Origin: Thermodesulfobacteriota bacterium | Lineage (GTDB): Bacteria > Desulfobacterota > WTBG01 > JAGOGO01 | DNA: 32,000 bases | Assembly: GCA_026625185.1 (NCBI GenBank) | Contig: CP113000.1 | Location: forward strand, 2,085,622-2,117,621 | Direction: 5' to 3' | Shown here: in pieces, positions 30,816-32,000 of the stretch | Layout: the number at the start of each line of letters is the position of its first letter | Position numbering within the stretch: position 1 is the first letter of the stretch | Notes under the pieces: generated by a model | Database searches by the model: none | What the model was told of the DNA's origin: nothing | What the model saw: the letters and a program-made list of their open reading frames with translations, nothing else | Translations under genes and position numbers: made by a program

Positions 30816-31265
30816 TCAGTCGAACTTTACCCCCCCGAGAAAAATCTCCTGAAACCGGGGTTGAACTTTTCGAACTGCCTGCTCAAAAAACTTCTGCGGC
30901 TTTTGCCCCTTTATAGTCACTTTTTTCACCACGATCTTTTTCCCCATCCAGGTAAAAGCCAAAGCCTGCTTGTCTTTAGGCCGAATATCAAACGGCCGCT
31001 TTTCCGGGCCGTACATGCCGGTGCCTTCGTGGACAAAAACCGCGTACGGTGTGGTAGCAGTCACCACCGCTGAGTTTCTGCCGGTGAGATACTTGCGGAT
31101 CGAGTTAGCAAGGTTGCTTGTCCGCCGGGGCACAACCGCAACCGCCTCTGCTTCGATCGCGCCGGCTACCCGCAAGAGACCGGACTGGATGACGTCCGCA
31201 ATATCCTTTTTCAGTTTCTGGGCTATCTGCCGGGGGTCCGGGTCTAAATGAAATTTTATGTCCAT
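30816..31265 (-). CDS. HK97 gp10-family / Mu G-like virion morphogenesis protein
   Basis: EAEAVAVVPRRTSNLANSI...TPYAVFVHEGTG fits the gp10-like pattern. It lies between the F-like and I-like genes, as Mu G does. Confidence 0.65.
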   Translation of the reverse strand: MDIKFHLDPDPRQIAQKLKKDIADVIQSGLLRVAGAIEAEAVAVVPRRTSNLANSIRKYLTGRNSAVVTATTPYAVFVHEGTGMYGPEKRPFDIRPKDKQALAFTWMGKKIVVKKVTIKGQKPQKFFEQAVRKVQPRFQEIFLGGVKFD

Positions 31266-32000
31266 TTACACCACCATTACCGTTCGACAATGACAGTTAG
31301 GGTGAAAGGGAGGCAGGGGCATCTGCAAATACGCGCCCGAGGCCGGGTTCTGTTTAATCTGGTTGAGCATATTGCTATGTACACCCGCCACATCTATTTC
31401 GGTACCGTTTAAAGCCGCGCACCGCTCACAAGTCCGTTCGGTCATGGCGGCTACAATCCGCAGTTTTCCCACACCGGCCTGGTCTGCCTGCATTATGTCG
31501 GCGACAGAGCGCATCCGGGTCACCGAGGTGTCAATAATCCGCCTGATCTGCCAGTCTTCCAGCCCGGTAAGCTGATCCGCAAACTGGCTCCGGAAGCCGT
31601 CAATCGCTTCCCGGCTTCCCCGGCCGAATAACCCTTCGCCTTTTTCGAGATACTGGTTTTTCAGCCAATTCATCGCCGGCCCCTGCATGTCCTGATTCTC
31701 GATGAATTTGGAAAGATGCCACTTGTCGAGATTTTGCAGAGAATCGAGCACACCCTGATCAATCGGGGTAAAAGCAAACGTTATCGGCGGTTCATTGCCC
31801 AGCCAGGTGGATTTGTCCGAGAGCCGGTAAAAATCATAAATCCCTTTAACCGCATCCGAGATGTCCGCCTGATTTAATTTCTGGTAATATTTGCTCAAGG
31901 TTTTGTAAACTGCGGCGGTAAAGGCCGCCTCGGTCATCACCGGGGAGGCGAGCATCATTTTCTGCATCTCGTTGAGCGCCGCATCCCGGTGCTCTCCGGT
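31266..32000 (-). CDS. head morphogenesis protein (Mu F / SPP1 gp7 family), C-terminal part; gene continues beyond the right edge
   Basis: C-terminal motif TCERCAALNGT...PPFHPNCHCRTV. The reading frame upstream of the listed Met (31967) stays open to base 32000. Confidence 0.85.
   Translation of the reverse strand, partial: TGEHRDAALNEMQKMMLASPVMTEAAFTAAVYKTLSKYYQKLNQADISDAVKGIYDFYRLSDKSTWLGNEPPITFAFTPIDQGVLDSLQNLDKWHLSKFIENQDMQGPAMNWLKNQYLEKGEGLFGRGSREAIDGFRSQFADQLTGLEDWQIRRIIDTSVTRMRSVADIMQADQAGVGKLRIVAAMTERTCERCAALNGTEIDVAGVHSNMLNQIKQNPASGAYLQMPLPPFHPNCHCRTVMVV

Larger units (their letters stand above)
11100..32000 (-). mobile_element. prophage late/structural arm (Mu-like head module plus siphovirus/GTA-like tail module); right part outside the window
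   Basis: An uninterrupted minus-strand block of head, connector, tail, tail-tip, fibre, lysis and methylase genes, with strong AAGGAGG ribosome-binding sites and overlapping stops and starts. GC is visibly higher than in the host part. The left boundary is inferred only to within roughly 11,085-11,175. Confidence 0.85.

Overview
The window has two parts. All family assignments come from reading the translated ORFs by eye; no database search was possible.

(1) Bases 1 to about 11,090 are AT-rich bacterial chromosome.
- A convergent FAD-oxidoreductase gene fragment lies at the left edge.
- A minus-strand lipid-carrier glycosylation operon follows: a small membrane protein, an ArnE/GtrA-like flippase, a GT2 polyprenyl-phosphate glycosyltransferase and two large polytopic GT-C-like membrane proteins.
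- Two intergenic gaps of that operon are each filled by a decayed cassette resembling a 23S rRNA intervening sequence (IVS). Each cassette is a four-helix-bundle pseudogene flanked by long CCGTT/AACGG-rich inverted arms.
- A 660-bp regulatory region contains a sigma-54-type promoter and an intrinsic terminator.
- The proximal half of a Tad/Flp pilus operon reads flp (57 aa, missing from the ORF track), tadV/cpaA, cpaB, cpaC.
- A family of GGGGAGAGG palindromic REP/MITE-like elements is scattered through this part. One copy sits nested inside an IVS-like cassette, and a 7-unit tandem hairpin array lies between cpaB and cpaC.

(2) Bases about 11,100 to 32,000 are the late arm of a prophage, entirely on the minus strand and running off the right edge.
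- Head module, Mu-like: F-like head morphogenesis protein, gp10/G-like protein, I-like protease with a nested scaffold start, DUF2190-like decoration protein, major capsid, DUF1320-like and DUF1834-like connectors.
- Tail module, siphovirus type: tail tube, G/GT chaperones with a canonical -1 slippery site, tape measure.
- Tail tip, like a gene transfer agent (GTA): DUF2460, DUF2163, a g15-like host-specificity protein and DUF2793.
- An AT-richer LamG fibre module, a C92/NlpC-P60-type peptidase, a lipoprotein and an orphan Dam methylase follow.
- The prophage terminus carries clustered direct repeats and a perfect 2 x 100-bp tandem duplication.
- The prophage begins about 120 bp after cpaC, so it appears to separate the Tad secretin genes from the expected ATPase and platform genes.

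No tRNA, rRNA or CRISPR array was recognised.
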